Positions 13,912 through 24,600 of a stretch of 64,000 bases of DNA are shown here, in pieces. The DNA lies in NCBI GenBank assembly GCA_040954595.2, contig CM082581.2:7400059-7464058 (forward strand), read 5' to 3'. Each line of letters starts with the position of its first letter. The stretch's first letter is position 1. The notes beneath the pieces were generated by a model that saw nothing but the letters and a program-made list of their open reading frames with translations, did not search any database and had not been told where the DNA came from. The translations under genes and the position numbers were made by a program. The DNA comes from Balanoglossus misakiensis. Taxonomy: Eukaryota > Animalia > Hemichordata.

Positions 13912-15585
13912 TCAAATCGTCATATCCAGGCCCCTCTCCTTACCCGCGGGTCTCATTCTGTGCGACGACAGCCTGTGAAACAGCACGGAGTTCTCCGTGG
14001 ACGACAGACTGACACTCTCCCTGCCGGTCATGCGTCTGGCAAAGTTCATCTTCCCGCGCCGATCCCGACGCCTGTTGCAGCAACACCAGATGATCTGCTT
14101 GAACGCGTGACCGAAATCCTTGCTGAACATGGCGTAGATGACAGGGTTTATGGCGGAGTTGCAATAACCGAGCCAGAAAAATATCTTGAACATGATTTCA
14201 GGGGTGCAATTATTGCAAAACGCACCGAGTAAATACACAGTGAAGAAAGGCATCCAACAAAATGTGAAAGCACCTACAATGATGGCCAGCGTCTTGGCGG
14301 CCCTGGTCTCATTGTTCAGTCTCTTGAGGTGTTCGGTGATTTTCGTACTGGATTTCCGTCGAGATTTGTCACAACAAGTAAGACCGTGATGGTGGTGGTG
14401 GTTGTTGTGGTGGTGGTGGTGGCAGTCGTGCGAGTTGTTGTAGAATACATTGTTACCTCGACTTTTTCTTTGGCACCTGCCGTACTGGCCCGGCCGGCTC
14501 GAGTACCCGTTCCTCATCTGTCTGTGGTAGTGATTGCAAGAGTTGGCGGCGGCTTTGGTTCGGGTCGAATTCCCGCGGTGGATGCGCAGAACCATGGACG
14601 AGCGCAGCGCGTTGTCCTGGCCGGGCGAACAGGCGCCCTTGGTGAGCTTGTAGCCGCGCTTGTTACTCCGGTAGGCCTCGCTCGCCTCTCGGTAAATTCG
14701 CCAGTAGAGAAACAACATGATGAACGTGGGGATGAAAAAGGATCCCAGCGCTGAATACACGATGTAGCTCGGCTCAGATGTCAGCGTACATTGTAATTCC
14801 TTGTAGGTATTATCCAAGCTAATCTCGCTGCATGTTTCATTCATTCCGCGTAATGTGATATTGCTCGGGGATGGCGACACGGCATAGGACTCGCTGACAC
14901 CAGAAAGTTCCTCCGAAAATGTGCCGAACCAGGCTTCCGAGATATTCGTCACTTTATAGCTCGCTCCGGTGCGTATGTCATTCAAGAGGCTCTGCAGCAT
15001 GTCCACGTCATAAGAATCGTTATAGGTGTAATTGAAGCCATCAAAATCGTCGTAGTCGTCCACATTTCCCGCTAAAATGTTCCTGTCTCTCTCGTTCCAG
15101 CCGACCAGAGGCGGGAAGCTTATCACAAACGCCACGATCCACAGCGCGGCAATGAGCATCTTCGCCCTGCACGGCGACATGATACTGTTGTAGGTCATGG
15201 GTCTGGTGATAGCGATGTATCTGTCCAAACTGATGGCACACAGGTTCAAAATGGACGCGGTGCAAACGAGGACGTCCACGGCCAGCCAGACGACGCACCA
15301 CGTCTCGCCGAATATCCAGTAAGACAGCAACTCCAGGGTTGCCGAAAACGGTAGCACGGATATGCCCAGCATGAGGTCAGCCACAGCCAAAGATACGATA
15401 AAGTGGTTAGTTACAGTGCGCAATTTCCGCGAGATTGTAACCGCCAGTATCACCAGAACATTTCCACATATTACCGTCAGATTGATAGCGCCCAATGCTA
15501 TCGTTTCCAACACGAACGTCACGTTATATATCTCCGCGTCCGTGAGAGTCATATTTGTGTCGTTAGTAACGGTTACGCACGACAT
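13912..15585 (-). CDS. Oamb: Class A aminergic GPCR, most likely alpha-adrenergic-like octopamine receptor (Oamb / Oct-alpha1 family), 557 aa, uninterrupted ORF
   Basis: Seven hydrophobic segments with canonical motifs: TM1 GN, TM2 SLAVAD, TM3 WLAVDVLVCTASILNLCAISLDRY (amine-binding Asp3.32 and DRY), TM5 YSALGSFFIP (two serines), TM6 AAKTLAIIVGAFTFCWMPFF, TM7 FFWLGYCNSAINPVIY. The long ECL2 ending in C-x-LT, LRIHRG in ICL3 and ETRAAKTL match Oamb-type receptors as I recall them. The ORF track starts at GTG 15609; the first ATG is at 15585 (aagATGt, A at -3), with an in-frame TAA at 15619-15621 upstream. Aminergic GPCR is near certain; the subfamily call is about 0.75 and needs a phylogeny. 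Confidence 0.9.
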   Translation of the reverse strand: MSCVTVTNDTNMTLTDAEIYNVTFVLETIALGAINLTVICGNVLVILAVTISRKLRTVTNHFIVSLAVADLMLGISVLPFSATLELLSYWIFGETWCVVWLAVDVLVCTASILNLCAISLDRYIAITRPMTYNSIMSPCRAKMLIAALWIVAFVISFPPLVGWNERDRNILAGNVDDYDDFDGFNYTYNDSYDVDMLQSLLNDIRTGASYKVTNISEAWFGTFSEELSGVSESYAVSPSPSNITLRGMNETCSEISLDNTYKELQCTLTSEPSYIVYSALGSFFIPTFIMLFLYWRIYREASEAYRSNKRGYKLTKGACSPGQDNALRSSMVLRIHRGNSTRTKAAANSCNHYHRQMRNGYSSRPGQYGRCQRKSRGNNVFYNNSHDCHHHHHNNHHHHHGLTCCDKSRRKSSTKITEHLKRLNNETRAAKTLAIIVGAFTFCWMPFFTVYLLGAFCNNCTPEIMFKIFFWLGYCNSAINPVIYAMFSKDFGHAFKQIIWCCCNRRRDRRGKMNFARRMTGRESVSLSSTENSVLFHRLSSHRMRPAGKERGLDMTI

Positions 15586-15891
15586 CTTAAAACTGTCGAC
15601 TCCCGTCACTTGCTGCCTTTAGAACGGGTATAAGTCGTCAGGTAAGCCCGTCAGAATGGCGGAAAAAGTCGAACTCTTGGTTCTTTCACAACATCCTGCC
15701 AAACGACAAAAAGATAAGTAATTCTGTAAGAAGATTTTTCCTTCTACAGCTGGCGAGTGCTGACGGCTTAAGCCCCACGGAGGGACAAGTTCGGCTTTGA
15801 AGGACAATGACTTCGGTATAAGAAGCCAAGCTTGTTCGGTTTCTGACTTGATACGGGAGACAGAATCTGATTACGCTCTCTCTCTCCCTCT

Positions 15892-16009
15892 CTGTAAAAG
15901 CCGACCCGAAGATTAGTGCCGGGTATGTAAGTAGATAAACACCGTCTGCGTATACGTACGGACCGCACTAATCTATTTTAATTTATTGAGTCAATGATGG
16001 CATGCTTAC
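15892..16009 (-). other. Candidate 118-nt intron in the receptor 5' UTR
   Basis: Minus strand: donor GCG|GTAAGC at 16009, AT-rich interior, branch-like CTAAT (15916-15912), acceptor CTTTTACAG ending 15892. No transcript evidence. Confidence 0.45.
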
Positions 16010-19000
16010 CGCCGAAATCCTCGTTTCCCGTGCCCATCTACCAAACTGACAACTTTGCCTGATCCCCATTCATAGCAACAATCTCGAACGTGCTGCAACC
16101 TGAGCTCATCCACTCCATGATGACGGGGGTGAAGAAGAAAAAAAACCGTATGCGGGAGGATTGTTTCGGCTCTTAAATCTGCATCTGCGCACTCCGGAGC
16201 AGCCGAAATGCCATCCTTTGTCGGCCGGAACAGACACACAGCCGTCCCGCTGTCAATCCTCTACTGCGTAATACATCCGCAATTTTCCAGAGAGACTGAA
16301 AATATGAGAGACAGCATGGTCAGTCAGCCACTGCTTAGTTCGACATCCTCTCTGTACAGGCAGAGCGTATACAATGCAGCAAAGTGGTCGATGCATCGGA
16401 GAATAACGGTATGAGGGCACCCTAGTTACATGATTTTTACAGTCACGCATGCACTGAGTTGTGGCAGAAATGAGCCTGTTAACGCTCTCAGTGCGCATGT
16501 CAATATGCTAAATAATTATGCAAATACGAATTTATACATATTTTCCTTGCACAGATACTGAATTGATGTGTTAGTGTATTAACGCCATAAGTGGTGCGGC
16601 AAATGCAAGCAAAGCGCCACTTTATCATTCATGCTCACTGTACGAAAACTCTGATGTTACTACTGGCATCTGCACGTGCGGGATCAGCGACCAAGCTTCG
16701 CATGTTTAGTTGGTGAAAGAGAGAAAATTACTTTGACATATGTGTCGGTCAAAGTTTAACAATACTGTCGCGTACTATACTTTTTATTCACTACGTGGAA
16801 GGCTCGAGGGGGACCTTTTAACAGAACAATGGGTCAACGATAAAGCGACCGAAAATGTGTATTTCTATTTTTAGATAGTCGTGTCCTGTTGATTGAAAGG
16901 AACCAAAGTCCTTAAAATACTGCCTGCGTCAATAATTCATCTTAAAATCCAAAGCGTGTGTTTAGACTCCGTAAAAAGTAGGACAAGCTTTTTATTTCAT
17001 TTAACATTTAATGAATTTCTTGTAATGTAATTTAGGGCAATGTCATTCATTAATTGAATTAAATGCTCAATTGAAAAACTCAAACTCTTTTATGTGTGTA
17101 TTTAAAATTCATTGATAAACAATGTATATACATATTTTCAATTAAGAGTAGATCCCCACCTTAAGCACTGGTTTCAAGATTTTTTGTACAGCTGCCTTAG
17201 AGATACTGGGCGATGACCCAATAATAAACAATTATATATACCAGAGACATCTTCCAGTAAAACTTTGAATTTGCCGATAAAACATTCTCTCAGATGTGCG
17301 TGTAATATTATATTATCAGAATGTACAACGGTTGAACTGGATGTTGCAAATTAGAAGACAATGATGCATACTGTAATGAAGCTCTCTGATGTTTGGCGGC
17401 GATTCAAGATCAATTTAAATGCTTGGAGCAACACGAAGAGATTGACATCTGAATATGGAATTAGCCCTGATAGCAACATCTCGCATATATGTATGTTCAG
17501 TGTCGACAACCACGCTTCTTGAAAGATAAGTGCGAGGCACGTATGTTGGATGGTAGACATGTAAAAGAGCCAGCTGCATTTTCTTTTCATTATTGACGTG
17601 ATTATAATATCGGTCATGGATGACGCTGGATGACCGACATTAAACACTTGTTTTTTTTGGTCCAACAAGTGAATTTATGTTTCCTTAAAGCTCCGTTAGC
17701 TGTAAATTTTCGCTAAACGTATTTTTAATATTGTCGCATCAGTGTGCCAGACAGATTCGATTCAAACGACTGAAACGCTACAGTCCATATGGTCACTATC
17801 GCTACGGTTACCATGATTACATTGAGCGTGTTACAGGAAAAAAGTGCATATTACACCCAACGCCCTGTAAACAATATTCTTCCGGCAGAACTGAATTAAT
17901 TAACAGATTCCGTTTCCATGGTACAATGTCCGGCCAGGCGGATTTCAGCCTGACGACGGGCCCGGATAACTGGAACTTAAATATGCAAATACGACAGACA
18001 CTGTAACCCTATTAAATATGAGTGGGACTGTTGCAATCTCTTGTAATGTAACGGCTCACTGTAAAACGGGGGAGGGGCATGGTATACGATTTTTTTTCTA
18101 AATTTCAAGAGATATTATCCTAAAGTTGCGTTGAGCAAACTATGATAGAACGTTTATAACTTTGATTTTAGAGGTGCAGTCTTCCTTAATTTCTCTGTGA
18201 TCCCTTCGCAAATAAATATGGCACCGAGGTAAACGCTTTGAATCTCTCCACGGCATATGTCCTTTAAATGACATTGTGTTCATAAGCATGCACCAAAGTG
18301 CAATAACACTAAATTTAATACAGTTAAAAAACTATCAACGCAAACATGTCTATTCCATTGCAGCGTGTCCAGGCGGCGACCTCTACTTATGTTTAACGCG
18401 GTACCTTGGTATTAGTCTGCTTTGGTACTTCAAGGCAAATTTAGTACATAACATGTTCAGGGACACATTTTAACACGTTTGCATGGAAGCGGTGAATTGT
18501 CAAAAAGGATGATTTGACAAAAGCCGGCGCACGTGCTTTCGCTGTAGTTTAAGTCATGTAACTGACTCTTAATGACTCTGCTTAAAGGCACAAAAGTCCA
18601 ACATTAAACGCCTGCATTTAAAAAAGCCAGCCAATAATACCAACCCGAATGATCTGCCAGAATGGTAAATTTGTTTGGAAAGAAATACTGGTATACTCAG
18701 TTAACCTGTGATTTCCATGCATGCAGATTATATTTCCCTGTGAACAGGAGAGAAACAATTCCACACCTAGTTTCAAAAGGATTCTTCATTGGCACCCACA
18801 CATTCCAATTCCAAGTCTGAACTTGATGTTAACTGTTAACTGTATGAGCAGCTGAGGGGGATGGGGCGGGGCCATTTATGGATGACTATATCATGCCACA
18901 CATCAAAAACGCAAACTTCACTATTTGGTTGTTCATCGTAGCGATGCATGACGTCAGGTGTTACCCGCGACAGTCAAAAACGATGGCAAAGTTACATGTA

Positions 19001-19922
19001 CATGTACATAAAAGGTTTATGAATTAACATGGTACAATTTGGCCTTGGAATTGAAACGGTCGGTCCAAGAGATTGAATTCCAATCAGTCTTTCTCCTCCC
19101 CCGACACTCCAGCAAATAGAACAAGCATTACTCGCCCACTTAGTGTTACTGTCTAATATATCTCCATGTTATTTTATTACATGTACTGCATTGTAAGGAA
19201 TATTGTATTGATGCTCTCTATGATGATTGGCGGGATATGCCATAGGTCAGCAAAGCAATCCGTTCCATTCACGAAACATGTTCGTTTGCACGAAATGTGT
19301 CACATTTGAGCTATGCCGAGGGAATAAACCACAACATTGTATTTCGTAATCAAACACACAGAGCTGTTTCAGTACTTGTTTTTATATTTCCAAGCAAAAC
19401 AGACAGGTTTTTTTCCGGGAAGCATTCATGTGAACTGACCTATTCGCGGTTCAACCATGTAATAAACAGTTTTAATTTTCTTTAGGCCCAAATAGCCCAG
19501 ATTTCCTACAAATTAATATTTTACAAAACAGTAATTGACTTGTTAAATGAATTTTTTAAAAACATCTCGTTTTTGGTACCCAGGACACGATCACGAGAAT
19601 ATGTATGATGCTAAAATCGTTCTCTCCCAATAACATCCAATAGTTTATATTCACTCCAGCCAACTGTGAAAACATGTCGATGAAATAAGGTTCATGTAGT
19701 TATGACATAATTAGATTGGCCGTATGATTACTTGTCTTCACGGGGACAGCTTACTGTTTCATTTTCCCAGTGGGAGTTTCACTTAAATGTGTTACTGATA
19801 TGTCGCTTCAAAACAAATACTGCCATGCTTAGGTCGACTTAAATATGCACAGTAACTTAAAACTTAACTTAAATATATCAGTTCGCTAGTTGATATGGAG
19901 AACACTTTGTTTTGTAAACGTT

Positions 19923-19954
19923 GGACGGACGGACAGACAGACAGACAGACAGAC
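19923..19954. repeat. Compound (GGAC)3(AGAC)5 microsatellite
   Basis: Read directly from the sequence. Confidence 0.9.
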
Positions 19955-21556
19955 GCAAGTTATCATTCTCCATTACAATATCTGGAAACTACCTATCATA
20001 AATGGTCACTGGTCGAAAATTGAACGATTATCATTGTTATTTAAATATACAGTCAAGCGTCATGAAGATCATGCCAATCACGATCAGTAGGGAGCATTTT
20101 CTAAAAGCCCTTCAGAATATACGTGCGCATATCTACTGCAGTGAGAACATGCCCCCAAAAAGAAATCAACTGGTTTCTATTACACCGATGGTTTGTATTT
20201 CCTTTGATCTAGGCTTTAGAATCCAATTAGGCGAGTGTAACATTTACAAGGCTTGTTAAGAAAGAGTGCTGATTGAATCGAGCATTATCCACGTGCAATA
20301 GCTCTGTATACGGAGTGCTATACTTTAGTGTGACAGATGGTCGTTCTTTTTCAAAGTCTATCTGAACTGTTTTTGTACTATAAAGTATCATACCGTCGGT
20401 TTCATTGTTGGTGGGTATTCTATGTCAGCTCAAACCTTCCGTACAGAGCATTCATAGGTGTACATTACGGGCCTATGGTCGACCTACATGTACCTATGTA
20501 GATATATTTATATTGATTCACCACAGAGGTCAAGCAAAGATGCCAATATAGTACCTGTACTTAAAAACACAACTAAGAACGCCACATTTCGTTGACAGTC
20601 GAAGGTCAAACTCACCCCAATGCAATCGATACTCGGTCACATTGAACTTCGAGTATAATTGGATTTTTGGAACACGACACCAATAGAAAGCGAGTAGTCA
20701 ACGATCAAATGGAAATAAAATTGCTGAGACGAAAGCACCCGACAATTTCTACAGGGACAATAAAACAGGGGATGCAATCAGTGTTTGCGTAGAATGTTCC
20801 TCCCCAAGAGAATTGCCGTACCTGTGTGACAAAAACACGCAGTGTTTACACTCCCTGTTTGTTGGGTGGAAACTACACGCAATTCCAGCGCAGCTAGTTC
20901 GTTGTTAGGAGATGTGCATATCTGACGCGGTATCTGCAAAATATGATTTGACAGGCCGGGAACTTGTTTTCAAGGTTGCTGAAGCTTAAAAGCATGTTTT
21001 ATACTGATGTGTATTTGCGCACAAACACATCGAACCGTTTGCTATAATATATGGTTCGTTTCAGCCGAGGTATAGTTGCTGTTATCACGCAGAAAGAATA
21101 TGACAGTAAAGGCACAATTATAATAGCCTATCGGACAACTGGAGCATTCGCACCATTTCCCGATCAATATACATATATAGTGTCCTTTACCGAGTCAGTT
21201 CGAATACACCTGCACGACCGTTTATGCTCAGTTCTAGTAACCGAAACATGACATTTTCATTCTATCTCGGGGAAATTGAAGGTAATGCCTTCGATTGTAT
21301 TGGCAACGTCGACTTGGAACACAAATAACTTGACGTTAACCGTCAGTCGATCGATATGAACATCATCAGAACAGCAATGAAATCCGAAATAATCGTTTGA
21401 TTGTCATTTTCCGAGTGGCTGAAGTCGTCAAATTTGTCACGCAATGGAATTCAATTTTATGGGCATCATTTCACGACATGTTTGACGTTGTTTGAACACT
21501 CGTTGCATATATTAGCCTTGATACTTTCAATCGTTCACTGCGTGGTTTTATATATG

Positions 21557-21640
21557 TCATTCATCCATCCATTGTTTCATTCATTCATTCGTTCGATCGG
21601 TCGTTCTTTCACTCATTCTCACGTTCATTCATTCATTCAA
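21557..21640. repeat. Degenerate (TTCA)n low-complexity tract
   Basis: Recurring TTCA/TCCA/TTCG units. Confidence 0.7.
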
Positions 21641-24600
21641 AGTCGAACAACTACCGCGCCCTTTCATGGCACATATAAGATGAAATCATTTCTCTGAAGG
21701 CGAGTCGTGAGGAAACACGGATTGAAACTGCCCATATACATGTACATGTCTTGCATAAAAAAATGATGCAACTTGACTTGGATATGTGAGGACTCCCTGC
21801 GTTTGGAAAATGCCACGAGCGGCAAATGTATATGCTGACGTAAGTGAAACATAAATCTTGAATTAGGGAAGTGGGACAGCGCAACCATATCCAGTTCTTT
21901 ACGGAGAGCTCCCGACGATCGATATCGTCGGTTAGAAAACCCGTCTCGCTCGAACCGTCCACGGTTGTTTCGAAAAGCGCGACACTGATCGCTGTCACCG
22001 AGCAGACAACCTGTTGCCAAAGCTCTGTCAACCGAACACGATACCTGAATAATGTCTATTTGCTCAGGGATGAAGCACGAGATTGAGGAGTTATTATATG
22101 TCAATTACTCCGCCATGCCCACGTACATTGTATACTGACGCCAGGACCGACCTATGTTGACGCTCTGAGCTGGTGCGACTCATGTTTGTTAATAATTTGT
22201 CGTGTGTCGTCAGGCCGCCCTGTATACCTACAAATGTTTGCGCATGACATTAACATGTAAGTGAGACGCTTACAAGCGTAATCATGATATGGGCGTGCTC
22301 TTAAAAGATGTCAAGGCCAATAATTAACACCCCGTCCGTTTGGTCATATAAATATTGAATACCACGTGTTCTTTGTTATTTTTGACGCTGGTATACACTC
22401 AGTTAAAATCAACAGATTGTTAATTCAACATGAAACGACTTGCAATCCTACCACATCTCAATGTCCTCGAGTATGCGCAGGTTTTGTTTCACCTTCGACA
22501 ATGCTGACATGATAATCCATGTATCACGAAAAGGCGATATAGGCGATTTTCATTTCATATCACTGACTGGACCCGAACCCACACTCTTCCGACATTGCCA
22601 TTTAGTCACTGGACGTCTGCGCACAAAACCACTCGGCGATGTGATAAATACGCGAATAATTAAGTGAAAAAATTGCAGAGTTGAAATTGTTGTGAATGGT
22701 TCGACCACTGTTTCCGGATGGTTTTCGATAGGAGAGTGCAAAACCGAGAAATGTATTACTGTTGCCAATTTGAGTATCCGGAAGGCGAAAGGACGCATGT
22801 GTTGACATTTCCTTTTTGATTATGTCAATTTCAAAATGCCGGACAGTTTAGACTAATAACCATGGCAACCTGAACGTACAGCCGCAGCTTAAGACACCGG
22901 GCAATCGCAAAGAAACTCACACAATGGAGTAGGAATATTTTTAGCTCAAAAATGTCAATATCGTCAATAGCGTAAATTGAATAGTCAGTTTTGAAAAGGA
23001 ATATATCTCATAATAAACCTCGATTATGTACAACAAAGAGCATTTAATCGACTCATTGTATTATCGACTGGACACAGTTTTTTGACAAAACTGGGCTAAC
23101 AAAAGAAACACTGCGTTGACTTGTATAGATCCCATAACTAAGCAAACATGCAATTCAGGAGATACAATGGCTTCAGTTCAAGTCATCTTGTCTTTTTGGA
23201 TTAATGTCGTTTAAGCTGTGAAAGGCAAACAATTTTCTCTCTGCTGCGTTATGAAGGGATAAAATAGTGCTACATGTACTTTTAACCGTATCCTATTACC
23301 TGTAATTTAATTAACTATAGTTTGATTATGAGGACAAATACAACTCGTGCAATTACACAAGAAGGACCACAGGGATCACTTACACACGTGGATGGCGATT
23401 TATGACTGTTGCAAAGGCTTCAAGCACAAGAGCTAACGACAAAAGATTCAGCAGGCTATCTATACTTGATTTCTTGCCATAAAGGTATTAAAAGAGGCCC
23501 CGTGCGCTTATCAAATCAATCTACTGTCCAGGAGAAACAACTGGCAAACTGTAATTCGCAACATTAACCCGTCTCAAAGACGTAACACGCTTATCAGAGT
23601 GCATTCACGTTCGTAAAACGAGGTCAAGAGAATGTCAAAGAAGATGTCGTCTACAATTTGCTCCGATTAGAGTTTGGAACGCGTTGGTTAACCAGCTGGT
23701 ATCAAATACGCAATTTTAGTATTATTTCATGGATGTCATCCGCCTGGAATAACGCACATGCCCTGTATACAATTCGTTATGAAGATTATGAATACACGTT
23801 GCTATTGTGACGGTTCCGTGTAAAGACTAAAGGCCCTATGTGGTCGCTTAGAAATGAGTGTATAATGCCCCTTGCGATGGTTTTTCAGAAATTCAGTTCA
23901 CTTATCCGGTTTTAATTGAAAAATTGGTTCTGTCATTGTATCCAACTCAGTGATATCTGTTCATGTGAAAGTGTTTGACAATGTTTCTAAATCTGCTTAT
24001 TAAAATATTTCTTTTTAAAAAATGAACCTATTTGAATACAAATGCAGAGAGAACAACACTGGGAATGGGGCATGGAAAGCAGTCAATCGGATTAATACCT
24101 CTTTCTCTCTCTCTCTCGAATGTTATCCCAATTCGCCCTGTTGGACTGTTTGTGTATTTGATTTTGGGATCTTTTTTTGCCTGACGTGCGTCATTAGTAC
24201 CGGGACTGCTCTAAAATGAATATCCGCTGGCAGATGTATCTTATCTTCGCCGATCGGATCGCTCAGGAAGGCCCCCATTGTCCAAGGGCAAGATATCAGA
24301 CGCTTCACAAAATTAACTTCGATAGCTGGTGAATGTTTTTTTTTCTCTCTTACGGCGAGGAAATATTTATTCCGATAACAGTGACGCATCATTTAAGATA
24401 CTCAAGTCGTACCTGCTGAGAATTTATCGACAGCTTCAAAGCGGACTAACACATGGATTTGTTTTTACAATCACTCCCATTGTACATGTAAGTAGGCCAG
24501 GAAGTCTTTATTCTGAATCGTGTTTGAGCCCATAGGTGTTAAAGTACTAGCGTATGCTTTTATAGTTGATTTATTTTCATCTTTAATGTCAAATGATCAT

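Noticed and set aside
15586-15609. ORF-track start at GTG 15609 (565 aa)
   Set aside because: Eukaryotic context; the first ATG with a good context is at 15585.
13656-15633. Several + strand and off-frame ORFs overlapping the GPCR
   Set aside because: Expected shadows of a GC-rich coding region; the poly-Val run is the antisense of the His tract.
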